A model generated the notes under the pieces. It did not search any database. It had not been told where the DNA came from and worked only from the letters and a program-made list of their open reading frames with translations. Positions 28,449-38,662 of a stretch of 64,000 nt of DNA are shown here, one piece after another. The translations under genes and the position numbers were made by a program. Each line of letters begins with the position of its first letter. The stretch's first letter is position 1. This DNA comes from a virus. Where the stretch lies: positions 4,768 through 68,767 of the IMG/VR virus record IMGVR_UViG_3300031787_011232; one strand, given 5' to 3'.

Positions 28449-30290
28449 ATGGCAGAAAATAAACAATCGCAAGAAACCCAAGACGAAAGTAATTATTGGT
28501 CTTCTGAAAGAGTAAACGAGCTTTTAAGGAAAGCTGACGAAGAAGGTTTAGATTTTAAAAGCGTAGAAAATCCATTCCATGATAATAATCCAGAATTTAA
28601 AAGAGCAAATATTTTATTCGAATACACGAAAGAAGAACTAATTGAGATTAAAAAATGTGCTGAGGACGTAACCTATTTTTCTAAATATTGTCAGGTAATG
28701 ACAGATAACGGTCTTAACTATATAAATCTCAGAGATTATCAAACTTCCGTTCTAAAAGAATATCAAAATCACAGATTTAATATATTTTTAGCCCCCCGAC
28801 AAGTTGGTAAATCTATAACTTCTTCTATAATTTTGGTTTGGTACCTTCTTTTCAACCACGATAAAAATGCTATGATTCTTGCGAACGTAGGTGATACCGC
28901 GGAAGAGTTAATGGATAAAATAAAACACATAATAAAAGGACTTCCATTCTTTCTAAAACCCGGAATGCAGGTTAACAATGTCATGTCCATGAGGTTTGAC
29001 AATGGATGTAGAATACTTGCTAAAACCACAACTAAAACTTCAGGTATCGGTTTTACTATTCACTTCCTATACATGGACGAATTTGCCCACATTAATCCTA
29101 ATTTTATCGAAGCATTTTTTAGATCTACTTATCCCACAGTTTCCTCTTCTAAAGTTTCCAGAATTATAATAACTTCTACACCTAACGGTATGAATAAATT
29201 CTACGAAATTTATCAGTTAGCTCTAGAAGGTAAAAATAGTTTTAACCCGATAAGAGTAGATTGGTGGCAAGTACCAGGAAGGGATGAAGTTTGGAGAGAA
29301 AAGGAGATAGCTAACTTAGGAAGTGAAGAACTTTTTAATCAGGAATATGGAAATCAGTTTTTAAGTTCTTCTACTCTTCTTCTAGGATCGAATGAACTGA
29401 AAAAAATAAAGAAAAATGAATGCGAATTTTCGTGGAAAGAAATAGAATGTATTCACGATACTGGGATTAATTACGAAAATCTTATATGGCATCCCAAATT
29501 TAATTTAGATGAATGCGATCATCCGGGAAAGAAATTTGTTTTTTCTATAGATCTTAGCGAAGGAAATAGAGGAGACTATACGGTTCTAAATATATTTAAA
29601 GTTTCTCCTTTACCGAAACAGGTCATAGAAAAAATAAATGATTTTGAAGACGAATCCGATTTTTTTAGCCTAATACAGGTAGGATTGTTTAGAGAAAACA
29701 GTATCAATCTAGAGGATTTCACCAAATTAGTAACTACTTTAATTCTTAAAGTATTTTCCGAAGAAAGAGTTAAGATAGCTCTCGAAATGAATTATAAAGG
29801 GGACATGTTCTATGAAAAAATAATATCCAAAGATGATTTTTACGATGAAATGTTTCTTTTCACAAAACATACCGAAAATGCCAGAATAGCTAAACCAGGA
29901 ATAAAATATAACGAAAAAGTAAAAATGAAATACTGCGAGCTCCTAAGATCTTTAGTTAGGAGAGATAGAATAATTATAACTGAAAAAAAATATACGGTTT
30001 TAGAACTTTTTACTTTTGGACTTAATTCTAGAGGAACTTATTCAGCCCAAAGCGGCCACGACGATGTTGCCATGACCTTAGTTAATTTATCGGGTCTTTT
30101 TGATGGATATGATTTTGGGCAGATGGTAGGGGAGCTTTTTGATGAATTAGAGGATAGCGAATATAAAAATATAATCATAAATAAAATAGAAGGGTTAAAC
30201 TCAATTGATTTTGATCCGGAAAGTGGATCTAAAAATATTTATGTGACCAAAGAGGGTAAAAGTTATAAGGATTTTAGCGGTTTAATCTAA
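28449..30290 (+). CDS. gp17: Terminase large subunit
   Basis: LRDYQ, APRQVGKS, YMDEFAH, TSTPNG, FNQEY, SID, GHDD. Confidence 0.95.
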   Translation: MAENKQSQETQDESNYWSSERVNELLRKADEEGLDFKSVENPFHDNNPEFKRANILFEYTKEELIEIKKCAEDVTYFSKYCQVMTDNGLNYINLRDYQTSVLKEYQNHRFNIFLAPRQVGKSITSSIILVWYLLFNHDKNAMILANVGDTAEELMDKIKHIIKGLPFFLKPGMQVNNVMSMRFDNGCRILAKTTTKTSGIGFTIHFLYMDEFAHINPNFIEAFFRSTYPTVSSSKVSRIIITSTPNGMNKFYEIYQLALEGKNSFNPIRVDWWQVPGRDEVWREKEIANLGSEELFNQEYGNQFLSSSTLLLGSNELKKIKKNECEFSWKEIECIHDTGINYENLIWHPKFNLDECDHPGKKFVFSIDLSEGNRGDYTVLNIFKVSPLPKQVIEKINDFEDESDFFSLIQVGLFRENSINLEDFTKLVTTLILKVFSEERVKIALEMNYKGDMFYEKIISKDDFYDEMFLFTKHTENARIAKPGIKYNEKVKMKYCELLRSLVRRDRIIITEKKYTVLELFTFGLNSRGTYSAQSGHDDVAMTLVNLSGLFDGYDFGQMVGELFDELEDSEYKNIIINKIEGLNSIDFDPESGSKNIYVTKEGKSYKDFSGLI

Positions 30291-30326
30291 TTTCAAGGTA
30301 TTTCCGAGGAAATTGAAATTAAATAC

Positions 30327-30334
30327 GATATATA
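30327..30334 (+). promoter_or_regulatory. Late promoter candidate GATATATA
   Basis: Upstream of sheath. Confidence 0.65.
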
Positions 30335-30359
30335 CACTGACTAAAAATATATTTTTATA

Positions 30360-33300
30360 ATGGCAAGTAAAATTAAAATAGACTACTCTCAGTTTAGAGC
30401 TTCTGGAGTTTATACATTGGAGTTTGACGCTTCCCAAAACGTTATACTAACCTCTCAAACGATCCGTTTGGTCGTAGGATTCTCTAACGTAGGACCTTTT
30501 AATACCCCGGTATATATACCGGATGCTACAACAATGATAGCTATATTTGGAGATATAGATAGATCTTTAGAAAATAAAGGATCTTTCTTCCACAGATCGG
30601 TTTTCACTTGTTTATCTCAAGGTCCTGTTTTTGCGTTAAATCTTCTTAATTTAAATAACGATGAATCTAGCGCATCCCCGGATGTAGTTACCTACAAATC
30701 GTTTTCTTTAGATACTGAGCAGTACAACGGGGAAATTACGGAAAGACTTTATTCTTCTTATTATAACAAAGAAAGATTTTGGTTTCCAGATCCTGAGTAT
30801 TTCTTAGCTACTCTTAGCGTAGCAGATCAAGGTAAACTTTTTAACCTAACAAATCTGGGAAAAAGCCCAATGAGTGTAATCGTTAGAAAATCTACCGATT
30901 CAGTCAATCCTCTTTTAGGATTTAATATTTTTGCTATAGATTGGTACGGAGCAAATAACGTTCCTTCTTTTATGCACCCTTACGATTACATATCTGATTA
31001 TTTTATTGATGTAATAGCTGTTTCGGGTGATTGGACCGATTATCAGGCTCTATCCGTAGATCCTAAATGGAGTTCTTTCTTTACCAATAATGGATTCGTA
31101 AAAAGTCAAATAGATAATTTCTTGTCTAACCAAGATGTGAATATAGTAACTTCTGTTACCGGATGTATAATTCCGGATTTCGTAGATCTTAACGGTAATA
31201 ATCAATACATTCAAACTTTAGTAAATCAAAATACTCCTTCTACAGGTTTATTCTGTGCTATAGATGAACAAGCTTTTGATGATATCTGTAATAGTACTTA
31301 TAAAATAGATCTAGTAGGAAACCATTTAATAGATGAACTTTCTGGAGATAGAGATCTTGCAAGTCCTAGGATAAAATTCTTAAGCTATGATCAACTTTTG
31401 ATAGCAGACTATCTTTACACCCAAAATGTTGTGGGTGTTACTGGTTCAGCTGCTTTTCCTCCTATTTCTCCGGCAGGAGCAACTGTTTTCACAACAGGTA
31501 CTAAAGTAGGTACTTTATTCTCTTTAACCCCAGGAATTACTGGATCTACTTCGGGAATTATTTATCAATCTTTTGCGGCATACGATCCTAATGCTACAGA
31601 CGGGGGATACCACTATTTACAAACTTCGGGAACTACAGGAGCTACGGGAGGAATTTCTTCAGCTTCCCAGAAAGCAGAATTAAGTAATTTCTTAAGTGTC
31701 ACTTCTTCTAACGATCAAAAATTTATTTTAGGGGTAGTTCAGGGAATTTCTGGATTGAATAATCCTACTACCAACCAATTTAATGAAGGAGATTTAGTTA
31801 AACTTAAAGTCGTAGAAACTAAATTTGTTAGTTCGGAATTAAGAATTAAATTTTTCCATCCTTTAGATACCGCAGCATTTAAATCATTAGGGGTTTCGGT
31901 TAATCCTACTTTTAATTTAACATCTTATAATACGGGAGCTTCTGGAAGTAACAGACCTTTCTATACCGATTCATATCAATTTGGTAATTCTGATTATTTA
32001 GATATAGTAAGTATAAGTACTCCTAATGGGGTAACTGGGCCAAATGCTCCTTTAGGGGTTTCTAATTCTTTGGTGGGCTATAACGCTTCAGATCTTTATC
32101 AGGATAATAAATTTTCTGAGATAGTAGACGGAGATTATATTTGGCTAAATCCTACCGGTTCTTCTATACAGTATTTAGGTTTTCAACAAACTAAAGACAA
32201 AGACGATTTCAATCTTGTTTACACTAGAGCATTTACAAATGTTTCTAGAAATAACACTACTATTACTAACATAGCAACTTTCGGAGGAGGTATAAATCCA
32301 TCTTATGCTTCAGATAATTCGGGATTACCAGTAGCAGATCAGAAGATTGATTTGATCTCACAAGCAGGGGGAATATCCGAATATGTGGATATATTAGCTC
32401 AGGTGAGTCCTACCACATTTACTGTTCAGGAGATTAATGGAAATGTTCCTTTCTCTGTAGGAGATTTGATCGTATCTACCGATTTAGATATATGCACTCC
32501 TTCTACTGGAAATAGACAGTATAGACTTGCTAAAATTACTACGGTAGCTGCTACGACAACTTCCGGAATATACACCGTTATTTGTGCGAGACCGATCTAT
32601 TATTACCCAGGAATCGGTACGGAAAGAGTTCAGAAATTTAAATCTATTCCTGAATTTACTGTTTCTTTTGATTTTACATACCTTTCAGGATTTACGATGA
32701 AAGAATCTCATCGACCAAATGGAACAGATGCTAGAATTTCTGAAATTTTAGATGTTATGTATGACACTAATATAGCTAAAACCTTAGCAGCTAAAGATAT
32801 AATTAGCTTTAGATACGTTGTAGATACGTTCTCCGGACAAATCTTACCTAACTCTAAATACCAATTAAGTAAATTGGCTAAGAATAGACAACAAGCTATG
32901 GCTTTAATAAATGCACCTTCTATAGCTCAATTCAGAAATAGCACGGATCCTAGATTTACAGATGCTCCTACGGCGGTAAATCCTTTCCCTGCTCTTAAAA
33001 CTAAATATATAGCAGACGGAGGAAATTTATCTTTAAATCCTTCTTATACATTTAGTTTACCTACCGAAGATGATGGATCTAAATTCTGTGGATTCTTCTC
33101 TCCTTATATTACAGTAAGAGAGTCTAATAGAAATATAAGTGTCCCACCTGCAGCTTTCGTTTCTAATAATTACGTTAGAAAATTTGCATCCGGCGAACCT
33201 TATTCTATAGTTGCAGGACAAAAGAGAGGAGTCCTTTCGGGAGCTTCTATAGTAGGAGTAGAATATGATTTTACCGATGAGGATAGAGGAAATTTAGAGC

Positions 33301-33728
33301 CCTTCGGAATAAATCCTATAATAAAAAGAACAGGGGTGGGTGTTGTTATATTCGGTAACCAAACCGCATATCAAACCGTAAATTCTGCATTTAATTTACT
33401 TCATGTAAGAGATTTATTAATTTCGGTAGAAACTGATGTTCAGACTATCCTTTCTAACTATCTATTTGATTTTAATGAAGATTCAATCCGATTAGAGATT
33501 AAAACATTAGTAGATAACTATTTAGATGGGGTTCAATCCGGAGGAGGGATTTATGCTTATCAAACTATTATGGATACTTCTAACAATACACCAGAAATCA
33601 TAGATATGAATATGGGTATTATAGATATTATTATAGAACCAGCTAGAGGAATACAGAAATTTATAAACAGAATTACTGTTACTAGAACTGGGGGTATTGC
33701 TTCTGGAGGATTTACTCAATTTGTTTAA
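30360..33728 (+). CDS. gp18: Contractile tail sheath protein (1122 aa, large insertions)
   Basis: SGVYTLEFD, GPFNTPV, VPPAAFV, AGQKRG, GINPI, FGNQT, HVRDLL, FDFNE, MDTSNNTPEIID. Confidence 0.93.
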   Translation: MASKIKIDYSQFRASGVYTLEFDASQNVILTSQTIRLVVGFSNVGPFNTPVYIPDATTMIAIFGDIDRSLENKGSFFHRSVFTCLSQGPVFALNLLNLNNDESSASPDVVTYKSFSLDTEQYNGEITERLYSSYYNKERFWFPDPEYFLATLSVADQGKLFNLTNLGKSPMSVIVRKSTDSVNPLLGFNIFAIDWYGANNVPSFMHPYDYISDYFIDVIAVSGDWTDYQALSVDPKWSSFFTNNGFVKSQIDNFLSNQDVNIVTSVTGCIIPDFVDLNGNNQYIQTLVNQNTPSTGLFCAIDEQAFDDICNSTYKIDLVGNHLIDELSGDRDLASPRIKFLSYDQLLIADYLYTQNVVGVTGSAAFPPISPAGATVFTTGTKVGTLFSLTPGITGSTSGIIYQSFAAYDPNATDGGYHYLQTSGTTGATGGISSASQKAELSNFLSVTSSNDQKFILGVVQGISGLNNPTTNQFNEGDLVKLKVVETKFVSSELRIKFFHPLDTAAFKSLGVSVNPTFNLTSYNTGASGSNRPFYTDSYQFGNSDYLDIVSISTPNGVTGPNAPLGVSNSLVGYNASDLYQDNKFSEIVDGDYIWLNPTGSSIQYLGFQQTKDKDDFNLVYTRAFTNVSRNNTTITNIATFGGGINPSYASDNSGLPVADQKIDLISQAGGISEYVDILAQVSPTTFTVQEINGNVPFSVGDLIVSTDLDICTPSTGNRQYRLAKITTVAATTTSGIYTVICARPIYYYPGIGTERVQKFKSIPEFTVSFDFTYLSGFTMKESHRPNGTDARISEILDVMYDTNIAKTLAAKDIISFRYVVDTFSGQILPNSKYQLSKLAKNRQQAMALINAPSIAQFRNSTDPRFTDAPTAVNPFPALKTKYIADGGNLSLNPSYTFSLPTEDDGSKFCGFFSPYITVRESNRNISVPPAAFVSNNYVRKFASGEPYSIVAGQKRGVLSGASIVGVEYDFTDEDRGNLEPFGINPIIKRTGVGVVIFGNQTAYQTVNSAFNLLHVRDLLISVETDVQTILSNYLFDFNEDSIRLEIKTLVDNYLDGVQSGGGIYAYQTIMDTSNNTPEIIDMNMGIIDIIIEPARGIQKFINRITVTRTGGIASGGFTQFV

Positions 33729-33759
33729 TTGAGTAATTTTTTATATTTTTTAGAAAATA

Positions 33760-33767
33760 GATAAATA
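33760..33767 (+). promoter_or_regulatory. Late promoter candidate GATAAATA
   Basis: Variant octamer upstream of tail tube. Confidence 0.55.
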
Positions 33768-33782
33768 TACTAAAAAAACACT

Positions 33783-34337
33783 ATGGCAGGATTACCACAT
33801 TTTTCTAACTCCCAGGCTTCTTTAAATAAATATGAGCCGGTATATCTTAACCAGTTTGAGGCACAAATAACTTGTCCCCCGGGGGTAGGAGGAGGAAATC
33901 TTCTTATAGAGCACGTAACAAAAGTTAGTGGTTTAGCTGTAGATAAAAGCCCAGGATTAGCTACTCAAAAATATAAATTCGCAAAAAGGAATTATGCTGG
34001 AGCTAAACCTTCAGAAACTACTATGAACGTTAGTATTTCATTTACGGTCAACCTAAACGATGCTAACTCTATGTATATCTTTAAAACCCTTAGACAATGG
34101 TCAGATTTGATCTACAATCCTTTAACAGGAGCTATGGGGCTTAAAAAAGACTATACAGGAAATATTTTAATATCTATCTTTAATAAACAAGGAGATGTTT
34201 ATAGAAGAATTAATTGTAGAGATGTTTTTCCTTTAAAAGCTCTTCCTGAAATGGGATTGAATTACACTGACGAAACGATATACACAGTTAATGATATGGA
34301 ATTTGCTGTTGATTATTGGGATGATTTATTTTTATAA
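33783..34337 (+). CDS. gp19: Tail tube protein, paralog 1
   Basis: Follows sheath; RNYAG, LRQWSDLIYNPLTG, KKDY, VFP, DYW. Confidence 0.8.
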   Translation: MAGLPHFSNSQASLNKYEPVYLNQFEAQITCPPGVGGGNLLIEHVTKVSGLAVDKSPGLATQKYKFAKRNYAGAKPSETTMNVSISFTVNLNDANSMYIFKTLRQWSDLIYNPLTGAMGLKKDYTGNILISIFNKQGDVYRRINCRDVFPLKALPEMGLNYTDETIYTVNDMEFAVDYWDDLFL

Positions 34338-34349
34338 TTTTTAATTAAT

Positions 34350-34928
34350 ATGGCCGGACTTCCACATTTTAGTAATTCTACTGCTTCTAGGCTTAACTAT
34401 GAACCTGTTTATCTTAACCAATTTGAGGTTATAATAAATCCTCCTGCAGGAATACCTCTTGCTGCTCAAAGATTCAAAGGAGAAGGAATTTTAGCTCAAG
34501 GAGTAAAAAGTATTTCAGGGTTAGCTGTTGATATTGCTCCTTCTGCAACTATAGATCAAAATTATAAATTTGCTACCAGAAGATATGCTGGGGGAGAACC
34601 TTCAACCACGGATATGACAGTATCTATGGAGTTTGAGGTTAATTTAAATCCTGAAAGTAATTCCATGGAAGTTTATAAAATTCTTAGACAATGGTCAGAT
34701 TTAATCTATAATCCACTTACTGGAGCTATGGGACTTAAAAAAGATTATGTGGGATCTATGGTTATATCAATATTCAATAAAAGAGGAGACGTATTTAGAA
34801 GAGTTTCTATACCTTCGTGTTTTCCTTCTGAAGCTATTCCTGCAATGGATTTAGATTATGAGCAAGCAAACAATTATAGTATATCCCTTTCATGGATATG
34901 CGATTACTGGACAGACACATTTTTATAA
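34350..34928 (+). CDS. Tail tube protein, paralog 2
   Basis: Aligns end-to-end with paralog 1. Confidence 0.75.
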   Translation: MAGLPHFSNSTASRLNYEPVYLNQFEVIINPPAGIPLAAQRFKGEGILAQGVKSISGLAVDIAPSATIDQNYKFATRRYAGGEPSTTDMTVSMEFEVNLNPESNSMEVYKILRQWSDLIYNPLTGAMGLKKDYVGSMVISIFNKRGDVFRRVSIPSCFPSEAIPAMDLDYEQANNYSISLSWICDYWTDTFL

Positions 34929-34945
34929 GATTCGAAATATTTTTG

Positions 34946-34976
34946 AAAAAAGAGACATAAATTTGTCTCTTTTTTT
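34946..34976 (+). terminator. Intrinsic terminator (possibly bidirectional)
   Basis: A-run, AGAGACA-TAAATT-TGTCTCT, T-run. Confidence 0.8.
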
Positions 34977-35009
34977 GTGTTTTGTTATATAATATAAATA
35001 AAGAAAATT

Positions 35010-36152
35010 ATGGACAATTTACTAGGAATATCTCCAGAAGAATTACTAAGGAGTAAAGAATTAGCAGGGGGATTGGAATACGACCCCATTCCTTCCCACG
35101 AAACCCCAGCAGAAACTACTTCGGGTATTTCTACGGAAATCATTGAAAAAGAGGAAACGAGAATGACCTTTCCTGCAAATGTTGAAGGTTCGGAAGAATT
35201 TAACGAAGCAAATAAACAAATTAGGGAGGAAATAAAAGAAGTATCACATTCTGTAAATTCCCCAAATAGAGAACAATATATTACCCCCAAAGAAGAAACG
35301 AAAGATGCTGTTTTTGAAATCCATTGGAAAAATTTACCTATACACCTTCTTCCTTCTAAAGGTTTGTTTTACCCGGAAGGAACCCGAATGGCGATAAGAC
35401 CTTGCGATGTTAAAGAAATAAGACATTTTTCTACTATAGACGAAGACGATTCGTTAGATATAGAAAGAAAGCTTTCTTTTATTTTGGAAAGATGTCTTAG
35501 GATAGATTTTCCTGGGATAGGTGTTGTTAGCTACAAAGACCTTAAACAGGAAGATAGATTTTATATAATAATGGCAATTAGGGATCTTACTTTCCTAAGA
35601 GGAGAAAACTCTTTAATGCTTATTCCTAATAAAAAATGTAAAAACACAAAAGATTGCAGAACCGTAGAGGGATTTGAATTAAGATCCGGTAATCTTTCTT
35701 CTTATGAATTAGAAGAAGAAATACTTAAAAGATACAATCCCGAAACCCGATCTTTTATATTTACACTAAAAAATGAAAATAGATCATTTGAAGTTTTTGT
35801 TCCTAGTATAGGGATAACACAAGTTCTTTCTGATTTTGCTACTATATGTGCAAAAAGAAATATAGAAATAGAAGATGGATTTTTAGAAATAGCTCCTTTT
35901 ATTATACCAGAATGGAGGGGTTTAACTTTTGATTCGGTTTTAAATATAATGAAAAGAACTTCTGTCGAATGGAACAATAAAGAATACAGTCTTCTATATC
36001 AATTATCGGAAAGAATAAAAATAGGAACTAAAACAGAAGCAAAGCAAAAATGTCAAGTTTGCGGTGAAGGGGAGGTCACCGCCGAAATTACCTTTCCCGG
36101 AGGGATCAGATCTCTTTTCCTTATTTCAGATATCTTTAGAGAACTACTTTGA
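35010..36152 (+). CDS. gp26-like baseplate hub / tail assembly chaperone
   Basis: LPSKGLFYP, DRFYIIMAIRDLT, CxxxxxC and CQVC; preceded by TATAAATA at 34993-35000. Confidence 0.65.
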   Translation: MDNLLGISPEELLRSKELAGGLEYDPIPSHETPAETTSGISTEIIEKEETRMTFPANVEGSEEFNEANKQIREEIKEVSHSVNSPNREQYITPKEETKDAVFEIHWKNLPIHLLPSKGLFYPEGTRMAIRPCDVKEIRHFSTIDEDDSLDIERKLSFILERCLRIDFPGIGVVSYKDLKQEDRFYIIMAIRDLTFLRGENSLMLIPNKKCKNTKDCRTVEGFELRSGNLSSYELEEEILKRYNPETRSFIFTLKNENRSFEVFVPSIGITQVLSDFATICAKRNIEIEDGFLEIAPFIIPEWRGLTFDSVLNIMKRTSVEWNNKEYSLLYQLSERIKIGTKTEAKQKCQVCGEGEVTAEITFPGGIRSLFLISDIFRELL

Positions 36153-36324
36153 TATAAAATTTAGACTGTGGAGAGAGCAAGGGATGGATTTATCTTACAT
36201 AGAAGATCTTCCTTTTTATGAATACCAATTATGGATTGAAAAAATAAATCAATCTATCGAGATGGAATCTCAAGAAGATATGGAATCTAAAGGGTTTAAA
36301 CAAGTCTTTAACCTTAAGAAATAG
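36064..36324 (+). CDS. gp51-like hub assembly domain; start uncertain, possibly frameshift extension of upstream ORF
   Basis: SLENYFDIKFRL...SYIEDLPFYEYQLWI resembles T4-like gp51; first in-frame ATG only at 36184. Confidence 0.55.
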   Translation: MKGRSPPKLPFPEGSDLFSLFQISLENYFDIKFRLWREQGMDLSYIEDLPFYEYQLWIEKINQSIEMESQEDMESKGFKQVFNLKK

Positions 36325-36339
36325 ATAATTACATTTCTT

Positions 36340-36347
36340 GATATATA
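36340..36347 (+). promoter_or_regulatory. Late promoter candidate GATATATA
   Basis: 4 nt before ATG 36352. Confidence 0.6.
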
Positions 36348-36351
36348 GATC

Positions 36352-37995
36352 ATGGATCTTAATAAAAAACTAATAGACCAATTATCCGATCTTAGCAGGA
36401 ATATAAAATCTTTAACCTCCGAAGTAAAAGAAAATAAACCTGCTGTTTCGGCAGAATCGACTAAAAAAGAATCTACCGAAAAGACTAATTCTGTCGAGGA
36501 AGAGAATAAAAAATTTCTAAAATCCTTAGAGGAAATATTCAAAAAAGGGGTATCCGAAATTACCAAATCCAATACGGAATCAAAAGGAATTTTAAAGGAT
36601 GCTATGGGTTCTATAAATTCAAAAGGAATAGAATCTGCATTAAGTGCTATAGCTCCTCTTAAAAATAAGGGGGTTCAAGAGATCGCTTCAAACGTAAAAC
36701 TACCTAAGGAAGTTAGCGGCCTTTTAGGAAAATTACCAAAGTTTGCTGACGGGGGGACTATGAAAAAAGACGGTCTTGCTGTTGTAGGAGAAAAAGGACC
36801 AGAGGTAGTTAAATTGGACAAAGGGGATAAAGTAATCTCAAATCAAAAATCTAAAAGCAGGGATGAAATTGAAGCTGAATTACTTGCTATGGAGCTGGAA
36901 GAAAGGGACCGGGAAATGGATAAGTTTAGGAGGGATACTAGAATCAATCCGGATAGTTCTACAATGAAGACTGCAGACCAAACTCTTTCCCCTCCTGCTA
37001 AGATAAAATTAACGGAAAATTCTACTTTGGAAGAAGTTAAAGCAAAATTAATGCAAGAAGACCCAGATTGGTATTCGAATCATCCGGAGGATCTAGAAGA
37101 AGAAGCACAATATGAATTTGAAAATTTAAAACAAAAATACGAAACTTTTACTTTAGAAGATATAAAAAAATTAGGAACCCCAGTAAGTACTCCTACTCCT
37201 GCATCTCCTTCTGCCGAAGAGAAAAAAGAGCCCTCAAAAAAAGAAAAAAGAAAAGAAGCTAAAAAATTAAAAAAAGAGGAAGACCTATTAAAAAAATCTC
37301 AGAAAAAAGAAGAAAAATTAAAAGAAAAAGATTTAAAAGAAGGAGAGGAAAAAGAGGAAGAGGGAGAAGAAAAAAAGGGACCCAGTTTAATGGACAAAGG
37401 AAAAAGCTTCTTAAAAGAAAAAGGAGTATTGGATAAAGGAAAAAATCTCCTTTTATCCCAAGGAAAAAATCTCCTTTCCGGGAAAACCCCAATGGGGGAT
37501 TTACTTAAAGACCCTTCTTCTCTATTAGGAGATAAAAGTCAATTATTAGGAAAAGGAATCGGAGCTGCAACTTCTCTACTTTCTAACAAGGGATTAAGAG
37601 AAAAGGGAATGGAAAAATTAAAAGGATTAAAAAATAAAAAAGAGGAAGAAAAAACTTCTTCTAATATATCTACCGAATCCCCAGAGCTTAAAAAACCTAA
37701 ACCCGAATCTAAATCTAATGAAGGAATTAAAAAAGAAGAGGAAAAAAAAGAAATACAAAAAAACATAGAAGAATCTAAAAAAGAAGTTAAATCTCCAACT
37801 CCCGAAAAAGAATCCCCCAAAGAAGAACCAAAAAAATCAAAATCTGTATCTTCTAAAAAAGAATCGGAGGGATTAAAGTCTTCTGATATAGATGATATAA
37901 AATCTCTTTTGGGAAAAATAGCTTCTTTATTGGAAGGACCTCTTTCTATAGAATCTATGGATTCCCCATTTAGACCCGATTCTAGAAGATTTTAA
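36352..37995 (+). CDS. Tape-measure-related K/E-rich protein
   Basis: FADGG...VVGEKGPEVV motif typical of tape measure proteins; position after chaperone genes. Confidence 0.5.
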   Translation: MDLNKKLIDQLSDLSRNIKSLTSEVKENKPAVSAESTKKESTEKTNSVEEENKKFLKSLEEIFKKGVSEITKSNTESKGILKDAMGSINSKGIESALSAIAPLKNKGVQEIASNVKLPKEVSGLLGKLPKFADGGTMKKDGLAVVGEKGPEVVKLDKGDKVISNQKSKSRDEIEAELLAMELEERDREMDKFRRDTRINPDSSTMKTADQTLSPPAKIKLTENSTLEEVKAKLMQEDPDWYSNHPEDLEEEAQYEFENLKQKYETFTLEDIKKLGTPVSTPTPASPSAEEKKEPSKKEKRKEAKKLKKEEDLLKKSQKKEEKLKEKDLKEGEEKEEEGEEKKGPSLMDKGKSFLKEKGVLDKGKNLLLSQGKNLLSGKTPMGDLLKDPSSLLGDKSQLLGKGIGAATSLLSNKGLREKGMEKLKGLKNKKEEEKTSSNISTESPELKKPKPESKSNEGIKKEEEKKEIQKNIEESKKEVKSPTPEKESPKEEPKKSKSVSSKKESEGLKSSDIDDIKSLLGKIASLLEGPLSIESMDSPFRPDSRRF

Positions 37996-38049
37996 TATTT
38001 TAAAGATTCTAATTTTTTTATTACGTAAAAATTCATATATTTATTCCGT

Positions 38050-38613
38050 ATGAATAAAAACTACGAAGAGAATATTAGTGAAGACCCAATATGTAATTAT
38101 TTAAAAAATAATTCCGAGTTAATTTACCTAGAATATTATGCCATTAAAAAAGATTCTATAGAATTTAAAATAGATAAAGAATCTAAAGAGACTAAATCCG
38201 ATCTTATATATTTAAAAATGGCTAGTGTGTGGGGATCTTCTTCCCACTGTAAAAGAATGAAAGTTGGATGTCTAGTAGTTAAAGACAAATCTATAATATC
38301 TGATGGGTATAATGGGCCTCCCTCCGGGTTCCCGAACGTGTGCGAAAGCGAGGACATGATCACCCTCCCGTACGTACTCCACGCGGAAGCTAACGCTATA
38401 ACTAAATTGGCTAAAACTACTCAAAGCTCTATAGGATCTACCATGTATGTAACCTTATCCCCCTGTTTTGAATGTGCTAAATTGATAATACAATCCGGAA
38501 TAAAAAGAATAGTATTTTCTGATGTCTATAGAAATATAGATCCTATTATTTTTCTTTCCGAAGGTGGAGTGGAAATAACTAGAATAAGTCCTAAATATCT
38601 TTCTGAAAATTAG
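38050..38613 (+). CDS. dCMP deaminase
   Basis: KVGCLVV, GYNG, LHAEANAI, TLSPCFEC. Confidence 0.93.
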   Translation: MNKNYEENISEDPICNYLKNNSELIYLEYYAIKKDSIEFKIDKESKETKSDLIYLKMASVWGSSSHCKRMKVGCLVVKDKSIISDGYNGPPSGFPNVCESEDMITLPYVLHAEANAITKLAKTTQSSIGSTMYVTLSPCFECAKLIIQSGIKRIVFSDVYRNIDPIIFLSEGGVEITRISPKYLSEN

Positions 38614-38662
38614 TAAATCGTTTAAACTATATAAAATAAAAAAGTAAAAAGTAAATTTAATT

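Noticed and set aside
14212-30290. Inteins or introns in UvsX, helicase, gp46/47 or terminase
   Set aside because: Lengths are normal and motifs contiguous; no splicing motifs seen
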